Shown: one piece after another, positions 9,417 to 20,617 of the stretch
Position numbering within the stretch: the stretch's first letter is position 1
Layout of the letters: every line of letters starts with the position of its first letter
Assembly: GCA_963785305.1 (NCBI GenBank)
Contig: CAWAUV010000008.1
Span: forward strand, 1,216,001-1,280,000
DNA: 64,000 nucleotides
DNA from: an uncultured Planctomycetaceae bacterium
Lineage (GTDB): Bacteria > Planctomycetota > Planctomycetia > Pirellulales > PALSA-1355
Direction of reading: 5' to 3'
Notes under the pieces: generated by a model
Database searches by the model: none
Seen by the model: the letters and a program-made list of their open reading frames with translations, nothing else
Told to the model about the DNA's origin: nothing
Position numbers and translations under genes: made by a program

Positions 9417-10064
9417 TCACTTCGGCGATTCGATCACTTCGGCCTTGTTGATGGTCACCGGCTGGAGTGGCTTGTCGCTGGCATTGGTGCGAACATCGCC
9501 GATCTTTTTCACCACCGCCATGCTGGCTTCGTCGGCCGTCTTGCCAAAGGCCGTGTACTGGTTGTCGAGCGACGGGGTTTTCTCCAAGCAGATGAAGAAC
9601 TGCGAGCCGCCCGAGTTGGGGTCGGAAGTGCGGGCCATGCTCAATATGCCCGGCTCGTGCTTGGTGGAATTGAACTCGGCGGGGATCGTGTAGCCCGGTC
9701 CGCCGGCGCCGGTTCCGTCGGGATCGCCGCCCTGAATCATGAAGCCTTTGATCACGCGGTGAAAGGTCACGCCATCGTAGTAACCGATTTTCGCGAGCGC
9801 GATCATGTTCTTGCAGTGGCCGGGCGCCACTTCCGGCAGCAGATTGAGCGTGATTTTGCCGTAGTTCGTGTCGAGCACGAGCTGGTACTTCTTGGTTTTG
9901 AAGTCAATGGTCTTCGCCACGGCGTCGACTTCGGCCTTGCGATTCTTGGACATTAAATGCCTCACGGGGAGAACGGAGAAACCGCCGGCCGCGCAGCCCG
10001 CGGGATCGATGAGAAACAACACCACCAGGCCGGTCGCAATCAGCAAACGTCGGGTTCGTCGCAT
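9417..10064 (-). CDS. Peptidyl-prolyl cis-trans isomerase (cyclophilin)
   Basis: YYDGVTFHRVIKGFMIQGGDP.GTG.GGPGY, LSMAR, SGGSQFFI, YTAFGK. Start either 10064 (signal-like N-terminus) or 9953. Confidence 0.93.
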   Translation of the reverse strand: MRRTRRLLIATGLVVLFLIDPAGCAAGGFSVLPVRHLMSKNRKAEVDAVAKTIDFKTKKYQLVLDTNYGKITLNLLPEVAPGHCKNMIALAKIGYYDGVTFHRVIKGFMIQGGDPDGTGAGGPGYTIPAEFNSTKHEPGILSMARTSDPNSGGSQFFICLEKTPSLDNQYTAFGKTADEASMAVVKKIGDVRTNASDKPLQPVTINKAEVIESPK

Positions 10065-10285
10065 GGGAAGCTTCCTTGCAAAAGAGAAGAATTTCGGTGC
10101 GAGGGGTTTGCGCTCGGCAGAGCGAGTCGCGATGGCCCTGAGTGTGTTACGATAGTCTCTCCCGGCGGGAAGTGGCAAGGGGCGAATCGGCCACGCAAGC
10201 GATTTTTCCCGGGTTTCGACCGAGGCCGATACCCCGCGCCGCTTGTTCGGCGATTCGAAACGCGGCGCTCATTGAGGACGCATCC

Positions 10286-12019
10286 ATGGACCCTTGGCCG
10301 CAAACCTATGACCCCTTGGGTTCCGCCCCGCTGAGCACATCGTTGGCGGCGCTGCCGATCTCGCTTTTACTAGGGCTCTTGATTCGCGGAGTCTCCGCGC
10401 CGCGCGCTGCGCTTGTAGGTTTGGCGGCGGCGCTTGGAGTGGCGATCTTTGGATTCGGAATGCCGGCGTCGATGGCCGCCGCCGCCGCGGGCTACGGCGC
10501 CTGTTGGGGGCTCGCGCCGATTGGCTGGATCGTCTTCTCGGCCGTGCTGCTATATCACCTCACGGTCGAGTCGGGGCAATTCGATGTGGTGAAGCGTTCG
10601 GTGGCGAGCCTCTCGCCCGATCGCCGCATGCAAGCTCTGCTGATTGCCTTTAGCTTCGGCACATTCATCGAAGGCGCCGCCGGATTCGGCACTCCGGTGG
10701 CGATCTCCGCGGCGCTGATGATCGGGCTCGGCTTCTCGCCGCTCCATGCCGCGGGACTCGCGCTCATCGCCAACACCTCGCCCGTGGCGTTTGGCGGCTT
10801 GGGCACTCCGATCTTCGCCTTGGCCAAGACCTCGGGCCTCGATGAAATGTTGCTCAGCCAAATGGCGGGCCGGCAATTGCCGCTCTTCTCGCTGATCGTG
10901 CCGGCTTGGCTCGTGGCCACGATGTCGGGCTGGCGCGGCGTCGTGGGCTGCTGGCCGGCGATCGTGGTATGCGGTGGCACATTCGCCGGCATTCAATATT
11001 GCCTTTCCAACTTTCACGGGCCGACGCTGGTCGATGTGGTCGGCGGGCTCGTGTCGCTGGGAACCCTGGCCTTGTTTCTCAAGATTTGGCAACCCAAGGA
11101 AGTCTGGCGCTTTCCCGACGAGCCGCCAGCCGACGAACCGCCAGCCGACGAACCGACGTCGCCGGCACACCTCGCGGTTATCGACAGCCAACCTGGCCCA
11201 GCGCCCTTGTGCGCCGGCGCGGTGATCCATGCCTGGATGCCTTGGGTGTTTCTTTCGACGTTTGTGTTCTTTTGGGGTTGGCCCTTGGTGAAGCAAGCGC
11301 TCAACGGTGGCCCGCCCGACCGGCCCAATGTCTTGGCAGGGCGCTCGGTCGTGTCGATTCCAATTCCGGGGCTGGACAATCGCGTGTATCGCACGCCGCC
11401 CGTGGCGCCGATTTCGCAAGGCGACCCGCGCGAGCACACGGAGAAGGCGGTCTACGAACTCAACTGGCTCTCGATGACCGGCACGAGCATTTTTCTCGCG
11501 GCGATCGTGTCGTCGGCGTGGCTAGGAATTGGGCCCATGCGATTCGCCCGGCAATGCTGGGCGACGCTGGTGGCGATGCGCTACGCGCTGCTGACGATCG
11601 CGGCGATGTTGGCCTTGGCCTTCGTCACTCGCTATTGCGGCGGCGACGCCACGCTCGGGCTCGCGTTTACCCACAGCGGCTGGGCCTACCCGTTCTTCGC
11701 GCCGCTCTTGGGTTGGCTCGGCGTGGCGCTGACCGGCTCCGACACTTCGAGCAACGCGCTCTTCGGCAGCCTGCAACGCATCACGGCCGAACAACTGGGG
11801 CTGCCGCCGGTTTTGATCGTGGCCTCGAACAGCACCGGCGGCGTGATGGGCAAAATGATCGATGCCCAGAGTATCGTGGTGGCGGCCGTGGCGACCAATC
11901 AAAACGGTGGCGAAGGGCGCATTCTCCGGTTCGTATTCCTGCATAGCGTGGCGCTGGCGACGCTGGTCGGACTGCTCACGCTGATTCAAGCCTACTGGGC
12001 GACATGGATGATTCCGTGA
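10286..12019 (+). CDS. lctP: L-lactate permease
   Basis: WPQTYDPLG start, FIEGAAGFGTPVAI, LIANTSPVAFG, GSDTSSNALFG, GGVMGKMIDAQSI. Confidence 0.93.
   Translation: MDPWPQTYDPLGSAPLSTSLAALPISLLLGLLIRGVSAPRAALVGLAAALGVAIFGFGMPASMAAAAAGYGACWGLAPIGWIVFSAVLLYHLTVESGQFDVVKRSVASLSPDRRMQALLIAFSFGTFIEGAAGFGTPVAISAALMIGLGFSPLHAAGLALIANTSPVAFGGLGTPIFALAKTSGLDEMLLSQMAGRQLPLFSLIVPAWLVATMSGWRGVVGCWPAIVVCGGTFAGIQYCLSNFHGPTLVDVVGGLVSLGTLALFLKIWQPKEVWRFPDEPPADEPPADEPTSPAHLAVIDSQPGPAPLCAGAVIHAWMPWVFLSTFVFFWGWPLVKQALNGGPPDRPNVLAGRSVVSIPIPGLDNRVYRTPPVAPISQGDPREHTEKAVYELNWLSMTGTSIFLAAIVSSAWLGIGPMRFARQCWATLVAMRYALLTIAAMLALAFVTRYCGGDATLGLAFTHSGWAYPFFAPLLGWLGVALTGSDTSSNALFGSLQRITAEQLGLPPVLIVASNSTGGVMGKMIDAQSIVVAAVATNQNGGEGRILRFVFLHSVALATLVGLLTLIQAYWATWMIP
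11115..11155 (+). repeat. 15-bp in-frame tandem repeat (~2.7 copies) in the lactate permease loop
   Basis: CCGACGARCCGCCAG repeated, encoding PDEPPADEPPADEP. Confidence 0.8.
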
Positions 12020-13256
12020 GGGTGCGCCGAAACGCCACCAAATGTTCCTCGACACAGCGGCCCCAGGAGAATTGTTCGGCCCGGGCAAGCGCTCGCTGGG
12101 AAAGTTGTTCCCGCAATGAAGCATCGCGATATACCGTGTCGAGCGCCTGACCGAGCGAATCCTCGTCGCGCGGATCGATCAGGATACCGGCGTCGCCAAT
12201 CACCTCGGGTAACGAAGAAACTCGAGACGTGATGATCGCGGCGCCGCATTTCATTGCTTCCAGCACCGGCGAGCCGAAGCCTTCGTAGAGCGAAGGATAC
12301 ACGAAGGCCAACGCATCGCAATACAGCGGCGCGAGATCGGAATCTTCCACGAAGCCCGTGAATTTGACGCGCTCCCGCAATTCGGCCAAGCCCTCGACCG
12401 TCGTCAGGAGCGATTCGTAATTCCAGCCTCGCCCGCCCACCAACACGAGATTCAAATCATTATTGTGCGACCGGCGTGCCCATGCGGCGAAGGCCCGCAC
12501 CAGAAATGGCAAGTTCTTGCGCGGCTCGAGCGTGGCCACACTGAGCAAATACGGCCCCGGTGGCACACCGTATTTAGAGCGAACCGCGGCGCGAATCACT
12601 GGGTCGGGGCACGGATGAAAACGCGCGGAATTCGAACCCGGATAAATAACGCTGGTTTGCTCGGCGCTCACTCGCGTGAGCCGGCAAAGATCGCGGCGGG
12701 TCGATTCGCTCACGCAGATCACGTGATCGTCAGGACCGATGCTCGCTAAAATCCGCGCATGCACCGTGCGCTGCGACTCGGTGAAGCACTCGGGCATGAT
12801 CTCGGGCATGAGATCGTGGATCGTGAGAAATCGCTTTAAGCCGGCGCGGCGTGTTTGCCCCGTGAGCCGGCCGAAGGGCGAGTTGAAAATATCGGCCGCC
12901 CGGAGAGCCGGCGCGGGAATCTTATTGGCCACGATGTTGGCCCCGCGAATGGCAAGCTGCCAGGCAAGGCCGGCTAAGCGTCGTGCCGGTCGCCGGTCAC
13001 CGCGATCGTCCTGTGTCCAGCGAGCCGCGATGCTTGTCATGCGCTCGGCCAAGCGAACCGCGCCGACTCCGGAGGCGTCGAAGTCGGGATGTTCGCGGAG
13101 AAACTTGGCGGCTTCGACCACGCCATATAGAGAACCGGTCGCGCAAAAGGTGACCTGGCAATCCGCATGGCGCGGAAATTCAGTGCGCAACTCGCGCACC
13201 CAGCGGCCGAGGCCGGCGGTATTGCCCACGGTCGAAATATCGTACAAAACGCGCAT
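11976..13256 (-). CDS. Glycosyltransferase family 4 (MtfB/WbaZ-like)
   Basis: TIHDL, VSEST, TLEPRKNL, FVYPSLYEGFGSPVLEAM, SSLPEV. Confidence 0.92.
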   Translation of the reverse strand: MRVLYDISTVGNTAGLGRWVRELRTEFPRHADCQVTFCATGSLYGVVEAAKFLREHPDFDASGVGAVRLAERMTSIAARWTQDDRGDRRPARRLAGLAWQLAIRGANIVANKIPAPALRAADIFNSPFGRLTGQTRRAGLKRFLTIHDLMPEIMPECFTESQRTVHARILASIGPDDHVICVSESTRRDLCRLTRVSAEQTSVIYPGSNSARFHPCPDPVIRAAVRSKYGVPPGPYLLSVATLEPRKNLPFLVRAFAAWARRSHNNDLNLVLVGGRGWNYESLLTTVEGLAELRERVKFTGFVEDSDLAPLYCDALAFVYPSLYEGFGSPVLEAMKCGAAIITSRVSSLPEVIGDAGILIDPRDEDSLGQALDTVYRDASLREQLSQRALARAEQFSWGRCVEEHLVAFRRTLTESSMSPSRLESA

Positions 13257-13314
13257 TTCAAGGTTCTTGGAAAGAGTAAATCAATGCATTGAATTTAAGG
13301 GCGATGCGATATCG

Positions 13315-14257
13315 CTATTTGCTTGGACGACGCAAACAGCGGTACACACCGAGGGCCGGCAAGCCGATGAGCGATCGCCAGCGGCCGATTCGCAGGAAAG
13401 TCGGGGCGGCGAACGTATAGAGCTCCATCGCAAGTCGCCATTCGCCCGCTTGAATGTTGTTGTAAATCGCATGTCGCAGGATCGAAGCGAGAAACAGCAT
13501 TCGCTCCTTCTTGCGCCGGACCGCCGGGATATTCGCCGCGAGTTTCGCGGTCGCACATCAATCGGGCGCCGCGAGTACTGTGCGCCATGTCGAGCGATAA
13601 ATTTTGTTCATGGCGGCGATACCCAACCAGCAGTGGCTCCCGAACGATCGCCACCGGTCCCGCGAGGCCGATCCGCAGCGCCAATTCAAGATCTTCGGAG
13701 CCGATGCGCTCTTCCGAGAAACCGCCCGCAGCTCGAAAGATTTCGGGGCGAATCGCCATCGAACAGGTGCTGATCAGAATCGCATAACCATGGCGCGATT
13801 CATGCGCCGTCGAGTTCTCGGATTGATGCGCCGCGAAGCTGAGCATGTCGGTGAACACTTGCTCGTCGAGTGGCAGGCGCGAAACTGCCGCCAACTGCTC
13901 GGCGCGCGAACCTCGCAACGCTATAACAAAGCACCGCCGGGTTCCGGAGCTTGATCTCTTCGTCGAGCGTGGCGAGCGTCCAGGGAAACCACAAGTCGTC
14001 GCTGTCGAGAAAAACGATGTATTCGCCGCTCGCGCGGCGCAGCCGAGATTTCTCGCTGCCCCCGGACCGGGAATCGACTGGTTGAGCCAGTGGAGCGGAT
14101 ATTTAATCTCGGCCCGTTCTCGGCTGCCATCGGTCGAGCCGCCATCGACGATGATCACCTCGAAATCGCGAAATGTCTGCGCGAATACGCTCTCGAGCGC
14201 TTCCATGAGCAAATCGGCGCGATTCAACGTCGGGATCACGATTGAAAATCGAGGCAT
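13315..14257 (-). CDS. Glycosyltransferase family 2 (frameshifted)
   Basis: FSIVIPTLNR, VDGGSTDGS, GPGAARNLG, EDLELALR; middle and C-terminal segments are in other frames. Confidence 0.85.
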
Positions 14258-14359
14258 AATCTTCGGATTGAAAGAGAGCTTGTTCTTACTCTTCGCGACA
14301 TCGGCTCGCGCCGCGAAACGCGCGAATAGCGACGTGGCCCGCGAAAATGCGTTCGATCC

Positions 14360-15693
14360 TCACGTGCGCACGATCTTTTCGCGCTCCGTGCTAATCTTGT
14401 TCGTGATATTCCGAGTGTCGAGCACAAGCCTCGCGTGCCGCACGATCGTCGCGGCGTCAAACAAATCATGATCCACGGCGATCACCACGCAATCTTGTTC
14501 GGTCAGATATTCCGGCGCGAGCGCCTTGCTTTGCAAAGCCGGAAAATTCGACGCGCTCGAGAACACCACCCGCGGCACGAAGGGATCGTGGTAACTAACG
14601 ATCGCCCCCGCCGTGGCCAGCCGCTCAAGGATCGCAACGCCCGCGCTCTCGCGATAGTCGTCGACATTCTTCTTATAAGCCACGCCCAGCACCGCGATCT
14701 TGGCGCCCCGCGCGCTCGACCCCGCGCCTCGAGCGCCGAGATCAAACGCTCGACCACATAGCCAGGCATCGCCGCATTGATCTCGCCGGCCAGCTCGATC
14801 AGCGGCGTCTGGCCGCCGTGCTGCCGCACGATCCAAGTAAGATAGTGCGGATCGATCGGAATGCAATGTCCGCCTGGGCCCGGGCCGGGATAAAACGCCT
14901 GGAAACCAAACGGCTTCGTCGCGGCCGCGTCGATCGCTTGCCAAATGTCGATGCCCATGCGATCAAACGCCGTCTTCAACTCGTTGACCAAGGCAATGTT
15001 CACGGCGCGATAGACGTTTTCCAAAATCTTGCAGGCTTCGGCCAGCTCGCAACTGGCCACCGGCACAAGCCGCGGCGCCACATCGCGATACAGCGCCTCG
15101 GCCACGCGCTGGCTCGCGGGATCGGCGCCGCCCACGACTTTCGGCGTGTTGCGCGTGTCGTGGCGCTGGTTGCCGGGGTCGTGGCGCTCGGGGCAATAGG
15201 CCAGAAAGAAGTCGGCGCCCAGCCGCAGGCCCGAGCCAAGCAAGATCGGCGCGACCACATCCCGAGTCGTGCCCGGATAGGTCGTGCTCTCGAGCACGAT
15301 CAACTGTCCGGGCCTGAGCCGCGCCGCGATCTCGCGTGTGGCCGACTCGATCTGCGTGAGGTCGGGCTCGCGATCAGCCGTGAGCGGCGTCGGCACGCAA
15401 ATCACGATCGCGTCGGCCTCGCCCAGCCGCCGCATATCGCCCGTGGCCTCGAGCGCTCCACGTCGAACGCCCGCGTCGCCTGGGTCTCCGCCGGCTTGCG
15501 CTCTGCTCGCGCCGATGCGGTTGAGCTTTGCCGGGTCGACATCGAATCCCAGCGTGCGAAAGCCAGCGGCGGCAAACGCCTGGGCCAGCGGCAGGCCGAC
15601 ATATCCGAGCCCGACCACGCCGACCACGGCCGTTTTTTCGCGTAGCAAAGCTTCCAGCTTCAGTTCGGCGCCAGGACTCGAAGATTGCGACAT
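14360..15693 (-). CDS. Nucleotide-sugar dehydrogenase (UDP-GlcNAc/ManNAc 6-dehydrogenase family; frameshifted near 14720)
   Basis: GLGYVGLPLA, CVPTP, LESTTYPGTT, CPER, KILEN.YR.VNIALVNE, GGHCIPIDP, then LGVAYKKNVDDYRES in a second frame. Confidence 0.92.
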
Positions 15694-15818
15694 GGAGCGG
15701 CCAGTTGAACTGAAAGAGTGCCAAAGGGAAGGCGATTCGACGGGAGACGCGAGCCACGCGATTGCAGCCGCCGATTGCGCCGCGCGTGCTCAGCCAAAGA
15801 CTCCATCGTAACACAGGT

Positions 15819-15860
15819 TTGCCCGCCAGGCGCGATTGGGATTGCCCGCCAGGCGCGATT
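15819..15860. repeat. 19-bp direct repeat in a divergent promoter region
   Basis: TTGCCCGCCAGGCGCGATT at 15819-15837 and 15842-15860. Confidence 0.75.
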
Positions 15861-16055
15861 CGGCGCAACGCTCGCAACGACCGGCCGAACCCATTCGACA
15901 CGCGTCGCTCGCGCGAATCGAATATTCGGCAAACTCGGTAATCACTGCCGCTTCAAAACGGCGGCGAGTCGCGGAATTGCGACTCTAGCCGGCGGCGACC
16001 GCACGTTATAATAGTCCGATCGAACCAAGCAATTCCCCGCCTGACCCTGGCAGCC

Positions 16056-16609
16056 ATGCTCCACCCAGTTCGACGCGCCGTTTTCCTCGATCGCGATGGC
16101 GTGCTCAATGCGATTTCGGTCGTCGAGGGCGTGCCACATCCGCCCGACGGCCCGGCCGAGCTCGAGATTCTGCCCGGCGTTGCTGGCGCGCTGGCTCGGC
16201 TGCGGGCAAGCGGCTGGGAGCTCATTGTAGTGACCAACCAACCCGACGTGGCCCGGGGCGCCAAACTCGCGAGGCCGTCGAGGCGATCAACGCCCGATTG
16301 CGCGAGTCGCTGCCGGTCGATGAGATCGTGGTGTGTTACCACGACAATGCCGACGCCTGCTCGTGCCGCAAGCCGAAGCCCGGCATGTTGATCGCCGCCG
16401 CGGGGCGACGCGGCATCGCGCTCCCCGCGAGCTACATGGTGGGCGATCGCTGGAGCGATGTGGCGGCCGGCGCCGCGGCCGGTTGCCGCACGCTGCTCAT
16501 TGATAAGTTCTACAGTCAGGCCCAAAAATGCCAGCCCGACCACGCGGTCGACGATTTGCCCGCGGCGGTCGACCTGATCTTAAACGCGACCCAGGCGCGC
16601 GAAACGTAA
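16056..16609 (+). CDS. gmhB: D-glycero-D-manno-heptose 1,7-bisphosphate phosphatase (HAD-IIIA; frameshifted)
   Basis: FLDRDGVLN, VVTNQPD, CYH...CSCRKPKPGM, MVGDR.SD. TATAAT upstream at 16007-16012. Confidence 0.88.
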
Positions 16610-16629
16610 ACCCCAGCACACGGAATCCC

Positions 16630-17346
16630 ATGAAAACTCTCGAATCGCTGCGAGTGAAAATCTTTGCCGATGGGGCCGACAAAGCCGGCATGCTCGAAAT
16701 GGCATCGCTGCCCCATATCGCCGGCTTCACGACCAATCCCACCTTGATGCGCAAAGCCGGCATTACCGACTATCGCGCGTTTGCCCTCGATGTGCTGAGC
16801 GTGATTCGCGATCGGCCGATTTCGTTCGAAGTCTTCGCCGACGACTTCGCCGAAATGGAGCGGCAAGGCCGCATGATCGCCGAGTGGGGCGACAATGTGT
16901 ATGTGAAGATTCCGGTGACCAACACCAAAGCGGCCCCGGCCTACGACCTGATTCGCCGCCTGGCCCAGGCCAAAGTCAAGCTGAATGTCACGGCCCTGAT
17001 GACGCTGGCCCAAGTGCGCGATGTGTCGGCCGCCCTCGCCGACCACGCGCCGAGTTGCGTGAGTGTGTTCGCCGGCCGCATCGCGGATACGGGCGTCGAC
17101 CCGACGCCGATGATGACCGCCGCGGTGGCGATGCTCGCGCCGTATAAGACTCAAGAGCTGATCTGGGCCAGCCCTCGCGAGTTGTTGAACATTTTCCAAG
17201 CCGACGCGATCGGCTGCCAGATCATCACAGTGACGAACGATGTGCTGAAAAAGCTAAGCCTGGTGGGCAAGGATTTGACTGACTACTCGCTAGACACCGT
17301 AAAAATGTTCCACGACGACGCCACGAAAGCGGGTTTCACGCTGTGA
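16630..17346 (+). CDS. tal: Transaldolase (short type found in polysaccharide clusters)
   Basis: KIFADGAD, GFTTNPTLM, ISFEVF, VYVKIP Schiff-base Lys, SVFAGRIAD, WASPRE. Confidence 0.92.
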   Translation: MKTLESLRVKIFADGADKAGMLEMASLPHIAGFTTNPTLMRKAGITDYRAFALDVLSVIRDRPISFEVFADDFAEMERQGRMIAEWGDNVYVKIPVTNTKAAPAYDLIRRLAQAKVKLNVTALMTLAQVRDVSAALADHAPSCVSVFAGRIADTGVDPTPMMTAAVAMLAPYKTQELIWASPRELLNIFQADAIGCQIITVTNDVLKKLSLVGKDLTDYSLDTVKMFHDDATKAGFTL

Positions 17347-17435
17347 GCTACGCACGCCTGTAAACAACTTGCGGCGCGCGTTTCGCGCGATTGTCTGATA
17401 GACCGCCCAGCGGCTGCGCGAAACCGAGCTGGGCA

Positions 17436-18337
17436 TCAAAAAATCTTCCAACCCGGGAGAAGCAGCCCGGAAAGATCGGGATTCCGGTCGGTATACCACC
17501 GCCGAGGAGCGCACACGATCTTTTGCGGATCGCGTCCGAGCCAAGCGCCCCACCAGCTCAGGGTGCTGTTGGGAATGATAAAGTGTTTGCAAAGCGACAT
17601 TAGATGCAAATCTTCGTGAGCATCGTGGGGGCCGTTGTGCATCACGAAGGTTGCGGGAAACGGCAACTTCAAATGTTCCTTGGCCCATTGGGGATCGTCG
17701 GCAAACACGAACGCCTCACAGGTCGGCTCGGTCAGGGCGATGAATTCGGCCGCCGAAGTGTAGTAGGCGAGTGGCGACTGCCCGAAGCTCTGGATAACGC
17801 CATCGCTCAGCGTGGACCCGCTGGCGCTCACGCCGTGAAGCCGTCGCACATGCACGCATAAAGAAGGCGTATCGCGAATGCGACGAGCCACTTGCTCCGT
17901 CGCGGCGCTTGGAGCGTGGCGGAGCGTGAATTCTTCACGCAAAAGTTCCTTGCTGTCCGCGAAGTAACTAGCATGTTGCCAAAAACCGAAAAGATAGACG
18001 TCGTCGCGGCAGCGAAGCACGTTGGGATCGTAGGAAAATTGCTTCCGCGGAGGCTCCACGAGCACAGTGCGCCGGTAATACGGCTTGAGTCGCCGCACTA
18101 TACGGTATAAATGCCAAGGCATGCGAGGCACGGTCAAGCGATGAATATCGGCCTGCGAAGCGAACTTCTCGTGGATATTGAAGGCGCCGAGCGAGTAGCG
18201 GCGTTCGTAGGGATCACGATCGAATCCGGCGTTGACATCGAGCTTGAGTTCGCCCCGCTTTTTTGCGCCAGTTCGCGCGCCATCGCATATTGAAACAGTT
18301 GATTTCCTAGCCCTCCATGCAGTTTGACGATGATCAT
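17436..18337 (-). CDS. Alpha-1,2-fucosyltransferase family (GT11; frameshifted)
   Basis: MIIVKLHGGLGNQLFQYA, GFWQ..YF, HVRR, FADDPQW, DLHLMSLCKHFIIPNSTLSWWGAWL. Confidence 0.9.
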
Positions 18338-18469
18338 ATGCCGAGTCTGCCAAAATACGATCAAAGACAAATCCGACGAATGCGCGGATTAACGGAAAAC
18401 GGCGCCGGCGGGACGGGCTTTCGCCACCGCCAAGAAGTAGGCCGCGACCGATTCCGGCGCAAACAAATA

Positions 18470-19126
18470 TCATGGGTTTGGAAGGCATGAGCCGCTGTAA
18501 ATACGGATAATATCGTCCTTGACCTCAAAGCTCCACCCGGGCATTCGCTCCGAGACAACGCTTCGGACATCGTCGAGCGTCGGGAAGTCATGCGTGCCGA
18601 TGAAGAGCCGGGCGTCGTCGATCAACACCACATTCGACTCGTGCGGATGTTCGAAAATAGCGTCGAGCTCTTGCATGATGGGAGTCTCTATATCTCCCCG
18701 AGCACTTCTGCTCGCCGGGGTAAAATGTCCATCGAGCCAAAACAGACATGGCGGCTCGATTTCCTTTAAAAGGCCGGGGAGTATCTTGGCGCTGTCTCCG
18801 TGAATAATGCGTATGCCGGGAAATCTCGAAAAACGTTCTGCGTTCTCTTGTTGCAGTTGCGGACTCAACTCGATGGAAACAATCGTCTTAAACGCCTTTT
18901 TGCATGCATTTACCATGTCGCCATGAAATGTGCCGGTCTCTATAAGAGTAACGAGCCCTCGCTCCTTGCCGATCGCGAGGACGGTCTTTCGTTTGAACGC
19001 CTCGGGGGGCGGCGCGGGACGACCTGCTTGTTTCCAGTTGCGAATCGCTATTCGCGCCAACCACTTGCGTCGCAACTGGCGAAGCGGAATATATAATGGG
19101 GTCCGTTTTAGTATCGAAATAAACAT
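18470..19126 (-). CDS. Putative SAM-dependent methyltransferase-like protein (paralog A)
   Basis: LIETGTFHGD, SIELS, HGDS, FWLDGH, VLIDDARLF; class I methyltransferase-like pattern. Confidence 0.75.
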   Translation of the reverse strand: MFISILKRTPLYIPLRQLRRKWLARIAIRNWKQAGRPAPPPEAFKRKTVLAIGKERGLVTLIETGTFHGDMVNACKKAFKTIVSIELSPQLQQENAERFSRFPGIRIIHGDSAKILPGLLKEIEPPCLFWLDGHFTPASRSARGDIETPIMQELDAIFEHPHESNVVLIDDARLFIGTHDFPTLDDVRSVVSERMPGWSFEVKDDIIRIYSGSCLPNP

Positions 19127-19167
19127 GGCTTCAGCTCTCCAAAGGCCCGGGTTAATCGGACGAATAA

Positions 19168-19641
19168 TTAAACTAAGCGAATTTCAGCCGAACTTCGATC
19201 ACCATGGCAAACGCGAGAACATCTTCCCGAGTAGCCAGCGGGTCGACTGAAGCCAACTCGGCCGCAACGCGGTGTTTGGCGGATTCCAGGACATCTCCGT
19301 CGCGGCCTCGTCATCGTCGAGATACTGATGATATGAAATCGACCTAAACCCTCGAAAACTCGCGACGGCCGCATGCGCCAAAAATCACCGAAATATCGGC
19401 GCTTGCTGGACCAGTCGGAGCCTCCTAAGCTGATGAAGCGGTCCGGGAAATAATCACACAGGTAATTTCCGCAGGTCTCGAATTCGGAAAAGCCGGAGGA
19501 GCGTTCGCACTCGTCAAGTTTCGCGACTGCGGAAATGACCGCTTCAATCCAGGACTCCCCTGGGTGGCGATTCTCGATTGTCCGGATAATGTCTTCCAGG
19601 ATGGCGATGTCGAAAGCCATGTAATCAACGATGAACGACAA
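19168..19641 (-). pseudogene. Truncated fragment resembling the C-terminal part of a DUF6492-type glycosyltransferase-like protein
   Basis: FIVDYMAFD...IENRH...WIEAVI...SGFSEFETCGNY. There is no room for an N-terminal half before the FkbM stop, and the C-terminus is in another frame. Confidence 0.45.
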
Positions 19642-19727
19642 TCACGTTTCGAGCCTGCCCGATAATTTCGTGCGAATGATTGTTTCCAGCCACGATAGAA
19701 GTCGGAGATATTCGAAGTGCCGCGCCG

Positions 19728-20549
19728 CTACAAAACAATGCCGCCAGCCAGCCGGCCTTTCGCTACGGCCATGTAGTTCGTCGTCACGAATTGTTCGTTA
19801 AATTCTCCGTAACGGTGAATGGGATTAAAATATCCTGAAGGAGTGATCCTGAACAATTCCATACCCGCTCGTACGAAAAACAGCCAATAATCCTTGAAGA
19901 ACGAACGCGTGTCGATATTACAACCACCGAATTCGAAAGTGACAACGTCGATCGCTTGGCGGCGGAACAACGCGGAGGCGCCGACGAGCGCGTTGAGCTC
20001 GTGTCCCTCGATATCGAGTTTCAGTAGATTGATTCGGCAAATATTATTTTCGGAGCAATAGTCATCGATCGTCGTGAGACGGACGACTTCGGATTTATCA
20101 AACAGGGTTTGTTCGTGAACGAGATTCCGTTTCGTGAGCGAGGCGAGCCCCGATCCCGGTTCATCATAGTGCAGCACGGCTTCGCCGCATTCCTTTCCGA
20201 CGCCGACGTTATTCATTCGAATCTTGGAATTTGCCGGAACTGCATTGCGTAGGAGCGCAAAAGTTTCGCGTCCGGGTTCGAAACAATGGATTTCCAGTTC
20301 GCCTTGCGGAAGATTCGCGAGGACAAGTTGCAGAAACTGCCCGCGATTGGCGCCTACATCGAATACACGGTACGGTGCATCGCATGTTTTCGAGAGCGCG
20401 CGAAAAATCGCGCGCTCGCCGCTCGAGGCCACACCCGCGCCCGATCCTACTCCCAACAAAAAGAGCGAACGTTGAACATTTCGCTCCAAGACGCCTTGGG
20501 CATAGGCGCATCCTGAAAGTCTAATTGCGAGACGCCTTAGGATCGACAT
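19728..20549 (-). CDS. FkbM family methyltransferase
   Basis: VFDVGANRGQF, HCFEP, TIDDY, LLKLDIEGHE, FEFG. Confidence 0.92.
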   Translation of the reverse strand: MSILRRLAIRLSGCAYAQGVLERNVQRSLFLLGVGSGAGVASSGERAIFRALSKTCDAPYRVFDVGANRGQFLQLVLANLPQGELEIHCFEPGRETFALLRNAVPANSKIRMNNVGVGKECGEAVLHYDEPGSGLASLTKRNLVHEQTLFDKSEVVRLTTIDDYCSENNICRINLLKLDIEGHELNALVGASALFRRQAIDVVTFEFGGCNIDTRSFFKDYWLFFVRAGMELFRITPSGYFNPIHRYGEFNEQFVTTNYMAVAKGRLAGGIVL

Positions 20550-20617
20550 TTGATATTTCGGCGTAAGTGTTAGCGAGCTGTGCGGCTTGGCAATGAATCA
20601 AGCGTGGTCGGCCCGCG

